DNA of 64,000 nucleotides from Antedon mediterranea (taxonomy: Eukaryota; Animalia; Echinodermata): positions 24,440,070-24,504,069 of the forward strand of contig NC_092671.1 of assembly GCF_964355755.1 (NCBI RefSeq). Reading direction: 5' to 3'. This document shows positions 12,882 through 22,829 of the stretch, in pieces; positions within the stretch are counted from its first letter, which is position 1; the number at the start of each line of letters is the position of its first letter. Both the position numbers and the translations under genes were made by a program. The notes under the pieces are model-generated. The model was not told the origin of the DNA. It saw only the letters and a list, made by a program, of their open reading frames with translations, and did no database searches.

Positions 12882-14126
12882 TTACTTGTTTTTGTTTCTC
12901 TTTCTTAAACTTCTTTTTTCAATACTCTTTGTTTTTTCTTCTGTCCTGCCTTCATTTCCGGACTGTTCCTTCAGATCTCTCGCTACTTTCTTGTTTGTGC
13001 TAAAACTTTTACTTTTTTGCATACTTTTTTCAAAGTAGTCAGTTACCTTCTTCTGTTCATGCTCCTCTCTTTCCCCAACTTCCTGCTCCTCTCTTTCTTC
13101 AGCTTTCTGGTACTTTCTTCCCGGTACTTCTTGTTCCTCTCCTTCTTCAACTTCCTCCTCCTCTCTTTCGTCCACTTCCTGCTCTTCTCTCTGCTCCTCT
13201 CTGTCATCATCTTCCTGCTCATTTTGGTTTGTGTGTTGTTCTATAGTGATCACACTTGTTTCTTTCTGCGCATTTTCATCATCTGATGATTCACTACTTC
13301 CATCAATACTAAACACTTCATCATGTGTTTCTGTATCAGATTGTACCGTAGCTCTTTTCCCGTAGTGGTTATCGTTAGCATTATTATTTTTTGGGTTTTC
13401 AAAGTTAAAAACCGATTCCCAAACTTTATTAATGTATGCACCAGGTGAACCAGATGATGATACATTATGCGCTTCAACATTACATCTGTCCCTAGTATGC
13501 CCTGGTAAATGACACTTGAAACAGATTATATCAGCTTTGCATTGAAAAGCTAAATGCCCAGTCTTTGTACATTTGTTGCATTTCACTTCCTGACCGTCAT
13601 GAAAAGCCCGTGCTCTAAAACCATTTATTATTATCTGTCTTGGTATTGGCGATTTTAGCTTTTCTACAACGACAGCTCTGTCACCGTTTAGCCAGCTGGT
13701 TAATTGACCATTAACCCTTATTTTTAGCCTTGTAACATCTCCTATTGGTTTGCATCCTAGCGCTTTCAACTTGCTAGCAATCTCTACGTCAGCAACCGAT
13801 AATGGTATATCCTTTATGACTATTCTCGTTGTTTCCATGTTGTTGTATGCCAAATAAAGATTTTTATCATGAATTGTAATATTACAATTCCTAATGTTTA
13901 GTCCATTCGTAATTAGTTTCACTCTATCATTTCTATTATTTAGATAAATTCGCCATAGGTTCCGTATTTTTTTAACACCGATTATACTTTCTGCAGCAAT
14001 TATTTTTAGTAGGGCTATACATAGGTCTTCATCTTTGAAAAAGCTTTTTCCTGTTGGTATTTGATCAGCTTTCAAAAAGATTGGCTTCACTACACTACGT
14101 TCTTTGTTTACTGTTTGCCCGTTCAT
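12882..14126 (-). CDS. Tx1-type ORF1p (gag-like, two CCHC zinc knuckles, Glu-rich C-terminal tract), 414 aa, intact
   Basis: CNKCTKTGHLAFQC and CFKCHLPGHTRDRC knuckles, LNGDR motif, position directly upstream of ORF2. Confidence 0.9.
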   Translation of the reverse strand: MNGQTVNKERSVVKPIFLKADQIPTGKSFFKDEDLCIALLKIIAAESIIGVKKIRNLWRIYLNNRNDRVKLITNGLNIRNCNITIHDKNLYLAYNNMETTRIVIKDIPLSVADVEIASKLKALGCKPIGDVTRLKIRVNGQLTSWLNGDRAVVVEKLKSPIPRQIIINGFRARAFHDGQEVKCNKCTKTGHLAFQCKADIICFKCHLPGHTRDRCNVEAHNVSSSGSPGAYINKVWESVFNFENPKNNNANDNHYGKRATVQSDTETHDEVFSIDGSSESSDDENAQKETSVITIEQHTNQNEQEDDDREEQREEQEVDEREEEEVEEGEEQEVPGRKYQKAEEREEQEVGEREEHEQKKVTDYFEKSMQKSKSFSTNKKVARDLKEQSGNEGRTEEKTKSIEKRSLRKRNKNK

Positions 14127-14869
14127 CCTATTTCGTCACCGTCAGCCTGTGCAGCACTGTACATTCTTTGTTAGTCCCGTTTCTATGGGTTTTTGACGCC
14201 ATTGTTTGGCTTTCACCGGGCTTAGACGTGAATGATATACAGATTGTTTTTTCCTAGTATTTCTTTCAGGTAAAAACTTCCACCTTAACAAAGACTTGGT
14301 TTAACTTGACTTATTCACTGTATTATACTCACTTAGAAATCAATCGAGATTTAGAAAACGTCAAATTTTAACTATATTTCAGGAGCTGTAAAAAACTATA
14401 CCTTGGTTAAGTAAAATCACAACGCCCGATATTTCACATCATTTGTGTAACTGAACAAGCCAAAATTGCCGCCATTACACCCAAAATGGCTGTCATTTTA
14501 TCCAATATGGCCACCATTTTTATCTGAAATGGTTTTGGTTTTTCTTATTGATTAAATACATATAACAGTACCAACATAACAACATCACTATCACTGTCTG
14601 AATCGGATGTAGACAACAATGGTCGTAATGTTGTTGCAGTTATTCTTGTCTAGTTTGCTGTTACACATCTTGGTACATTGTTCTTGTACGTGCATGCAAT
14701 AATGAGAACATATATATATGGAATCTTCTAGAATAATTTCCACAATGTTAGGAGGAGATGATCAAACACAAACACACCGACTGGTTTGTTTTAATTTTAA
14801 GGCGCCTATTTCAGTTGAGGGAAAATACTGGAACAAGAAGAATTGCTTTTCAACAAATATACGATCACC

Positions 14870-15077
14870 TCACCTTTTAAGATGTATATAAAGTCACCTC
14901 CTCACATCATAGAAGCTTTAGTCAAACTCGGAGAAGACAATGTGACATCTTTCAATGTGAAGGCAGGATGCAAAGAGTTTCTGTGCAGTCTAGCAGAATA
15001 ACTGCGAAAACTTACGACCATTGTTGTCTACATCCCATTCAGACAGTGATAGTGATGACGAAAGTGACGACGAATAA
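14870..15077 (+). pseudogene. Possible C-terminal transposase remnant (Academ XPG-like segment + acidic tail)
   Basis: KMYIKSPPHIIEALVKLGEDNVTSFNVKAGCKEFLCSL followed, after an apparent deletion, by SDSDSDDESDDE*. Family assignment is by recalled resemblance only. Confidence 0.35.
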
Positions 15078-16692
15078 GTAACATAATTAAACACAAATAT
15101 TATTATGTTGTTACGTTGGTACTGTTATTATGTATTTAATCAAAGTTAAAGAAAACCAATTTTATTTGGCAATTTCAGATAAAAATGGCAGCCATGTTGG
15201 ATAAAATGGCGGCCATTTTGGTTGAAATGTCAGCCATCTTGCCTTGTTCTGTTACACAAATGAAGGGAAATATTATTTATTAATTTATATTAATATTCAT
15301 TTATTGTTACTCATATGATTTAATTTCTATCCCGATAACATCTTGTATAGTAGGACTAATGTCATAAACTTACAATATTAAAACAAATTGTCAAAAATGG
15401 CGGCCATTTTGAAATTGCCTATGAAAAAAAATGGAGCAAATACTTTTTGATTCAGTGATGTCTGTTCTACAACATATCTAATGTTTACCAAATATATATA
15501 AATAATTAAATTAAAAAAAATATTTCATTGATATATGTGGCCATTTTTGATAAAATGGTGGCCATATTGGATAACATGGCAGCCATTTAGGCTTGTTCTG
15601 TTACACAAATGATGTGAAATATTATTTGAACAATTATTGGTACTTTTATGATTGAATTTCTATCCCGATAACATCTTTTAATGCCATAAACGTACAATAT
15701 TTAAAAAACAATTGTCAAAAATTACGGCTAATATGAAACAAAATGGAGCAAATACTTTTGGATTCAGTGATGTCTATTCTACAACATATCCAATTTTTAC
15801 CAAATATATTTTTAAAAATAAAAAATATTTGTCATAAACCTACGATATTTTAAACAGTTTTTTCCAAAATGGCGGCCATTTTGAAATGGCTGCCAACCCC
15901 CTCCGAATTTCTCTACATATTTGAAAGTTTCTCTTTTATACAATTTATTTCGGAAAAATCGGATTTCTCTAGGCCTATATTGGATACTGTAGTTTCTCTT
16001 TTTTGGACACAGCACTTCTGTATTCTGGAGAAATTTGTCAAAATTAGATTTCTCTCTTTGAAATTTTTTCTATTTTGGACAAAATTTCCCCACTTTGGAC
16101 AAATCGGATTTCTTTATATTGGACCGGCTTCCCTATTTTGTACATAGAACTTCCACATCCTGTACAGAAATTTCCCCATTTTGGACAAATCGGATTTCTC
16201 TATTTTGGACAGCTTCCTCATTTTGGACAGCACTTCCCCATCCTGGACAGAAACATCCCCATTTTGGACACGATATAGCGCCACCACTATTCCATCCTGG
16301 ACAGAAATTTTCCCATTTTGGACAAATCGAATTTCTCTATTTTGAACAGCTTCCCCATTTTAGACAGCACTTCCCTATCCGGGACAGAAATTTCACCATT
16401 TTGGACACGATATAGCGCCACCACTTCCCCATCCTAGACAAAAATTTCCCCATTTTGGACAAATCGGATTTCTCTATATTGGACAGCTTCTCCATTTTGG
16501 ACACGATAATAGCGCCACTTATCAATTTTGTCCCTATTCTGGACAAAATATTTCCCCATTCTGGACAGAAATTTCCTCATTTTGGACAAAATTCACCACA
16601 CCTATTGGAACTCCCTCACTTTACAAATACCTCGTCTATTTAAACCAACCCAATGTCATTGCGTACCACAAAAGACTAAAGACGTCAAAACA

Positions 16693-17060
16693 CCTCTAAC
16701 ATACCAATCGGCAAGTCCTAATGATGTAATTCCTTCGACACCTAATCATTTCATTCACGGTCGGAGGGAGGGAAGTTTGCACCTGAAGCTGTAGATCGGA
16801 CAAAATATAATTTAAAGAAACGCGTCGAAGGCTAAAAGAATATCTGCCGGCTCTGAACTCTAGAAAAAAGTAAAATCGATCGACGTACAATCTCCGAATG
16901 GGAAAAGTAGTGTTGGTCTACAGTCCCAATACAGCCAGAGGAAAGTGGCCACTTCCAGGTGACGAGCAAGCAAGACAAGCAAGTCCGTGTAGTAGAAGTG
17001 AAAGTTAATGGTGGTATAATTACTCGATAAACTATGCCCACTAGAATGCACCGAGGAGCA
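16693..17060 (+). mobile_element. BEL/Pao integrase C-terminal remnant, right part
   Basis: PLTYQSASPNDVIPSTPNHFIHG..., VLV..PNTARGKWPL, VRVVEVKVNGGIITR; continues the frame interrupted at 5734. Confidence 0.85.
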
Positions 17061-17450
17061 GACCTGAACTTTGCTAATCAAAAGACTGTATAATTAACAT
17101 ATTAAATTTAGTAGCATACAACATCAAAATAACCAATACTAATAAAACTGGAAATTACCTGCACCAACGTCGCCATTATTAGGCCTATCAATATTCTGTT
17201 GCCTAGTGTTGAGGTTTTATTTGTTGTTAGTTACACGACTTTTTCGTAAAAAAATTGAATGATATAGGTTTTCACGCATGCTAAGTTAATAATAACACAA
17301 AATAGAAAGAATAGTTAAAATTAAGTTACTGAAATATTAGTAGATGATTTTGTTAAGACAAGCTTGCGTTAGGCCTACATTACTTATTCGAATTTCTATA
17401 GATTTTAGAAGTTGTTGAAAATAATTTTCTTTAATTGAGTTTGACAGTCT

Positions 17451-17610
17451 GGGGAGAAGGGGAGAATGTTCCAGAGATAATCGTTAGAATAATAAGCTGT
17501 AGGCTATCTGTGTCCCGTTAGGACCGAGATGTCTGCCCATGTTGCAAGCCGTATAATGTCTTCTTTCTTGGGCCCACTCTGTCACGGCAGTTAGTTTCAA
17601 AAGATGTTTA
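17451..17610 (+). mobile_element. BEL polypurine tract and start of 3' LTR (LTR end uncertain)
   Basis: GGGGAGAAGGGGAGAA (17451-17466) immediately followed by TGTT at 17467, ~400 bp after the pol end. Confidence 0.65.
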
Positions 17611-18029
17611 AATTAAATAATGTATTAATAATTATTAGGATGGTATTTATTTGAATAAACGCCTCTCCAATAAAACATCACTTTGAATAATAATCATTAT
17701 ACTATTTGTAGTAGAATTCATCGCACTGTTATCTACAATTTACCAAGCATTCTTTTTTTACCACTTTTCATATCTATTAGAGGATTTCATTTGATTATAA
17801 ATGTTACCATATTATTAAAACTAAAAAAATTAACATATATCCCTCGAATAAGCACCTCCCTCAAATGAACTCCGCCTCCCCAAAGGGCCCTACCAAACAA
17901 TAAACACTATACTTTAAAATGTTATTAATCATCTAAACCAATGTGAAACAGAGTAGTTTAGTTTTACGAATGTCAAGCATTTTCAATAATGGTAACCGAC
18001 AGAAAATGTACAAGGAGAACATTTTTATC

Positions 18030-18091
18030 ATTCCGAGAACCATCGTCTACACTTCCTTGAGGGGGGCGAGTGAAGCGAGCTCACCCTCTAG
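18030..18091 (+). mobile_element. Helitron-type 3' terminus related to the 35921/53163 family
   Basis: cgagaaccatc... gagggggg-cgagtgaagcgagct-caccctc hairpin ending CTAG|T. Confidence 0.5.
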
Positions 18092-18703
18092 TATGTTAAA
18101 TTCTTCCGTTTAGATTGATTGAGACTTCTCCATAACAGGAACTAATACTAAACACTAGCCCGTGCCCTCTCCATCCCTACAAATATCACTGGGTTCCCGT
18201 CAAGTGGGCTAGATAATTCAAGTTGGGTACATTTTTTTACAGCCTAATAATCTACAATTTATATTTACCAAACTAGCACCAAATCCAAAATAACAAAACT
18301 ACTAATACGTATTATGGTACAAAACATTAAATGGTTCAAAAACTTATTTGAAGGATTGAAATTACTAAACCACACGGCATGTACTAAACATATGAATCCA
18401 AGATGGTGTCTGCTTAGTTAGAATATATTCCCAGCTTTGAACGGATAATAAATCTGTCTCACAAGCTGCCCCAAGCTTAATTTTTGAGAAACGATAGATT
18501 AATAATCTAATAACCAACCACAAAGGTTTCGTGCAGATGAGAAAAGTGCCGGATTCCCTACAAAACCAAACAAAATTAACTCCTGGAGCTCTTACTACCT
18601 CAAATCACACCTTCAGCTGCACTTTTTTCTTCATTAAGGTCTGTCGTCATTTCTGGGCTATTTATACCAACATTTCGTGGCGGGAATAATATTTCATATT
18701 TTT

Positions 18704-19476
18704 AGTCGCGTGGACGCGACTCTATAGTTCACTATGTCGGTCGGTCTGTCGGTCGGTCTGTCTGTCGGTCTGTTGGTCTGTCTGTCTGTCGGTCCGGTAT
18801 CACTATGCGTGTTATCGCTTTCTGACCTTATCTTGATATCAGTTTAATCTAGCTAAGTCAATTTTTCACAGTATATTCCTTATGGCCAGGAATCGATGTG
18901 GTTATGTTTTCACGGTGCGCAATAAAAAATTACGCGGTCTACGCACGATTTAACGAAATCACGTTTGTAATCATATCTTCACAACCATGAATCACAATTA
19001 AATAAAATGTGGTACTCATAAATTTCAGGGCATAAATCATCATATGGCAATACAATTACGTGCGTAGTGCATGTAACGCATGCGTACGCGCGCTTAAAAA
19101 TTTCAAAATTTATTTTCGATGAAATAAGAGTACGTTTCAGGCAATTTTAAGCGTTTACAAAATTGCCATAAGTGCGCAGATTTTTGCGCGCGCACTGCGC
19201 GTTCAATGTTATTGCACACTCTTTTTGCCCGATTTCTGTTTTCTTGACTTACTTTTCAACTAGAAATTACGTTCAACTAGAGAGCACGTCAAAAGTGACA
19301 GGCTACGCACGTGTAAATTAAAAAAATATAAATGTTTTTAAACATTTCAACATTTTTAAACATGTTCAGTAATTTCGGTCAGTATAGTTCACTATGTCGG
19401 TCGGTCTGTCGGTCTGTCTGTCGGTCCGGTATCACTATGCATTGTAGCACGCGACTTAATGGCTGTTGGCCTTGTT
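18704..19476 (+). mobile_element. Helentron-type HINE (DINE-1-like) with duplicated core and (GTCN)n microsatellite
   Basis: 5' hairpin agtcgcgt-gg-acgcgact; core tatagttcactatgtcggtc..ggtatcactatgc at 18723 and 19384; 3' cacgcgact + ggctgttggcc; T-rich flanks. Confidence 0.8.
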
Positions 19477-22400
19477 ATTAGGAATATCAATTTCCGAATA
19501 TAGAAAGACATAATTCAACCGGGATGGTGGAAATTGCAGCAGATTTGTAAGGGTATTCCCATGCAAAATATTTGCCCCGACGTCAACAGTGGACCGGGAG
19601 CTACTATAACTTAACGATGCTCAGTCACCTGCGCAGTTAAAAAAACAGCGTTTTAACGACTAAATGAGGCAGGCTGCCCGACTGTGTTGTTTTTTAAATA
19701 ATTAAAAAATAAGGTTTGCTTTGACTTCCTTGATGGTTTCTTTTGGTGTTATGAACAACATGTGTCATATACAGTATTATGATTACGTTGATAATTGTGG
19801 AATAAATTGATACTTGATGTCAATTTGGATAGAATGTCATTGTTTTAAATGTTTTCCCCATAGGACTTTATTTTTCTTTTATCTTTACTAAATGTATTTA
19901 TAGTACTGTCCCATTTGTCTATTTTGCTTGGGTTGTTTGGCTTTATCAAGTTTTCAGTACGGTGTTTACTTCGTAGGCCTATACTCCATCTTAAGGCAGA
20001 CCAAGCAAGGTTTAAAACATCTGAGTTTGATACACTCGACCAATCATTTCATTAATGTTAGGGAAAATCAGCACCAAACCTGGAAAAACGCAATTATAAA
20101 GCGATTTTTGTGGGAAACCCTTCATCATACGAACCTAACATTTTCATGCGCCATTTTTTTAAATGGCCGCTTATAACTTGATATGCTTGTATCTTGGTAA
20201 CCATCAATCACATAGACTTGGTTTTGATCTTAAATTGTTTAGAAGATATTCTTATAAATAAATTACTTTTTAAGGAACTCTTCATAACCTTGAAGGTTCA
20301 TATTCAATTGTTTTCTTTAAAGTCATTTAAATAATAAAATCAGTAGAGTATAACACGTTTACATTATGCATTGTTTATTTAAAACGTACAGTTGGTGCAC
20401 AGTCAGTGGACATGTTTGTTAATCGCTAAACATAATCTTATGTACACACATTAATACAAAATATCAGACTTGTCTAGTTTAAAACAGATAAAACGTATAT
20501 GACCATTATAGAAAATCACAAATGACACTTTCAACTTAATTCAAAACTGACGTTTGCCGAAATTTATAATAACAAACCTATTTACAGAAAAAAATAATTA
20601 TGCGTATATTTTGTACTGTAAGTTGAATAGTTACTGATATTTTAAATAGAATTGCGGCAATTGGAAAATACAGCCCAGTAGCGATTTTCCCTCATTCGAA
20701 TCCCCAAATGAAAATGTGACTTTATTTTTAAAGGAAGAGTACGCATCCGAAGTTATTTGTATTGAATGCAAAATACACCAATAGTATCCGTACGCTAAAA
20801 AAGCTGCCAAATTGTCTTGATTTTTAGCGTTGAAATACAAACAGTAAACATCACTTGCAGGTGTAGAGTACATTTGATATAGAATTATATATTAGAAGTG
20901 TATATGTTCTAACAGCGTATTCAAAGTATTATTGTAACAGGAATAGCTTATAATCACAGTTAAGGTATTAATAACCCAATGAAAGAATTTAATATGCATT
21001 TTACCTGGATTAGGAATCACACACTTCGATAAAATAACAATTTTTAAGGCAACACTTGGTTTTAAATGTACGGCTTCGACTACGTTTGTAGGCTGCTGTC
21101 CCTCTAATAAAAACACCGAAGGGTATTATTATGTCATACAAGTTACTTGATACTACACGTTTTTAGTTTAATTTATAGCTGGGCCTTAGTGGTTTTTTGG
21201 GTCCATTGTAATAGAGACAGAATTGTAATGTCCATGACGTTTACAAAGTGAAATTTCTGTGTCAGCGATAATAACTTATATACAATAAAATATCAATAAA
21301 AAAGGAGGAGTAATTGATAATAGCAGAAACAGTACAGGCATTTTAAGTTATATTTATGCTGTCAAAAGTTATCTCGCGATCCTGTATATTCCATGACGCG
21401 AACAAATTCGGCTTTTACAGAAAAAATATATCGTTTTTATAGATTCGTTTACTAGATATAGCAATTCAAACGTTGTAAAGTGTAATGTCTGTGTGACTAA
21501 AAAACAACAATGGAAACGAATCCTCTACGCCTTATATTAAACTTTGTCAATGTGAATATCTTATCAAGTTTCTAACAGTTATATGCAATACATCTTATGT
21601 TATCAAATGAGAGTCTATATCAACACATTTAAAAGTAGAATAATTCATACAATTTGCATCCACCAACCTTACTAGTGTACAGCCATAAATACACGACACA
21701 TTGTTTTTAGATCGAGCATGATAGATTTCAATATGATATTGTTTTCATTACATTCTTTCAATAAATATTTTATAATTCTGCCTGACAGATGGCAATTTCT
21801 CATATAAAGACGTCATAATTCTGAAGATAATTTTATTAAACAAACTTAGGCCTATTCCCCTTAAACTAAACTATTTGTATGTTATCCTATCATTTTTACA
21901 ACAAGCATCTATCTCTTAGGTTATCAACTGAGTAGCTATCTATTATGATGAGGAGGGTATGGGCCTGTTATCAATATTTATTAATTCAGTTTTAGTAAAG
22001 GATAACAAATTTAAAGTTTTTATACGAGGTGTATTGCTATAATGATTTAGAAATAACATAAAATATCCTTGAGAATTCGTTAATACGTTGTCAAACCCCA
22101 CTTGTACTATATTGCCCTCAAATTCTCATTCTGATGTTAATATTACGTTATTAATAGATCTAAAATTATCAACAATAAATAATAATTGTTTACGCATGGA
22201 AAGAGGTCTTACACCCACTCATCCATATTCAATACCGGTAGTTCTTGTTGCTCTTGATACAGTTTCAACAATGATTGATAGAAATCGATACGATACGCAT
22301 AATTAGGTAGTAGTTACTTTAATATCCCGTAACATTTGTTTCTACTGAAGACGATTACGTCTACCTCGTATTAAGTAAAACGCATACTTAAATCACATTC

Positions 22401-22644
22401 ACAAGTATGATTTCTAATCAAGCAAACAGAATTGGGAAAGGTCTATTCTTATAAAAATATTTGAAGGAATCAAACATATAGGTATCATAATGATATGGGT
22501 TTGTTTTTTCTGTATTTGTTATGTTTCTTTTTTGTAAATGATCGAAAAAATACTCTAAAATACAGTACTTAAAGGAATATATTTTTTAGATGTGTCAAGG
22601 TACATGATTGAACGTACAGATGGATGTTAAATACAACACTAGGC

Positions 22645-22829
22645 TTATCTTCCAACTGGTGATCCAGGTCTATGCATACGTCTTCTGTTGTTTATGCATG
22701 CAATTTCTGCTACTTCTTCCCATGTACAACCCCTACTATCAAGACAGCAATCCTCATGAAGTTCTGACGGCCGTCGGGTGCGTAGAAATCTTGATAAAAA
22801 TCCGGTAGCTTCGTTTCGTGGTATAAAAA
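22645..22829 (-). CDS. Ilp7: dilp7-type gene coding exon 3 (C peptide + A chain + stop)
   Basis: taatag| acceptor; FIPRNEATGFLSRFLRTRR PSELHEDCCLDSRGCTWEEVAEIAC...*. Confidence 0.92.

Larger units (their letters stand above)
8712..14428 (-). mobile_element. Full-length Tx1/L1-clade non-LTR retrotransposon (5.7 kb) with 16-bp TSD ATATTTCACATCATTT
   Basis: TSD at 8696-8711 and 14429-14444; AATAAA and short poly-A at the left end; ORF1 + ORF2 present. The empty site is preserved in the opposite foldback arm (~15601-15630). Confidence 0.96.
7471..16606. mobile_element. Foldback DNA transposon (~3.4 kb without the LINE; ~1.45-1.6-kb modular inverted arms, ~380-bp loop), Academ- or MULE/FB-like
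   Basis: Left arm 7471-8711 + 14429-14628 mirrors right arm 15012-16606. Arms are built of tgtccaaaat.. ~20-bp subrepeats and aaaatggcggccatttt blocks. GGAACTCCC is duplicated at 7462-7470 and 16607-16615. Confidence 0.85.
5735..16692. mobile_element. TGT...ACA element with ~170-bp inverted terminal repeats and 4-bp TSD CCTC (Ginger-like or inverted-LTR Gypsy derivative), non-autonomous, carrying nested insertions
   Basis: Left end 5735 tgttgtgacgtctttagtgttttgtggtacgcaatgac is the reverse complement of 16655-16692. The right repeat is split into 7391-7470 and 16607-16692. CCTC at 5731-5734 and 16693-16696; removing the element restores BEL NSRPLTYQ. Confidence 0.85.

Noticed and set aside
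9486-13480. Plus-strand and alternate-frame ORFs overlapping the Tx1 element
   Set aside because: Antisense or off-frame shadows of ORF1/ORF2.
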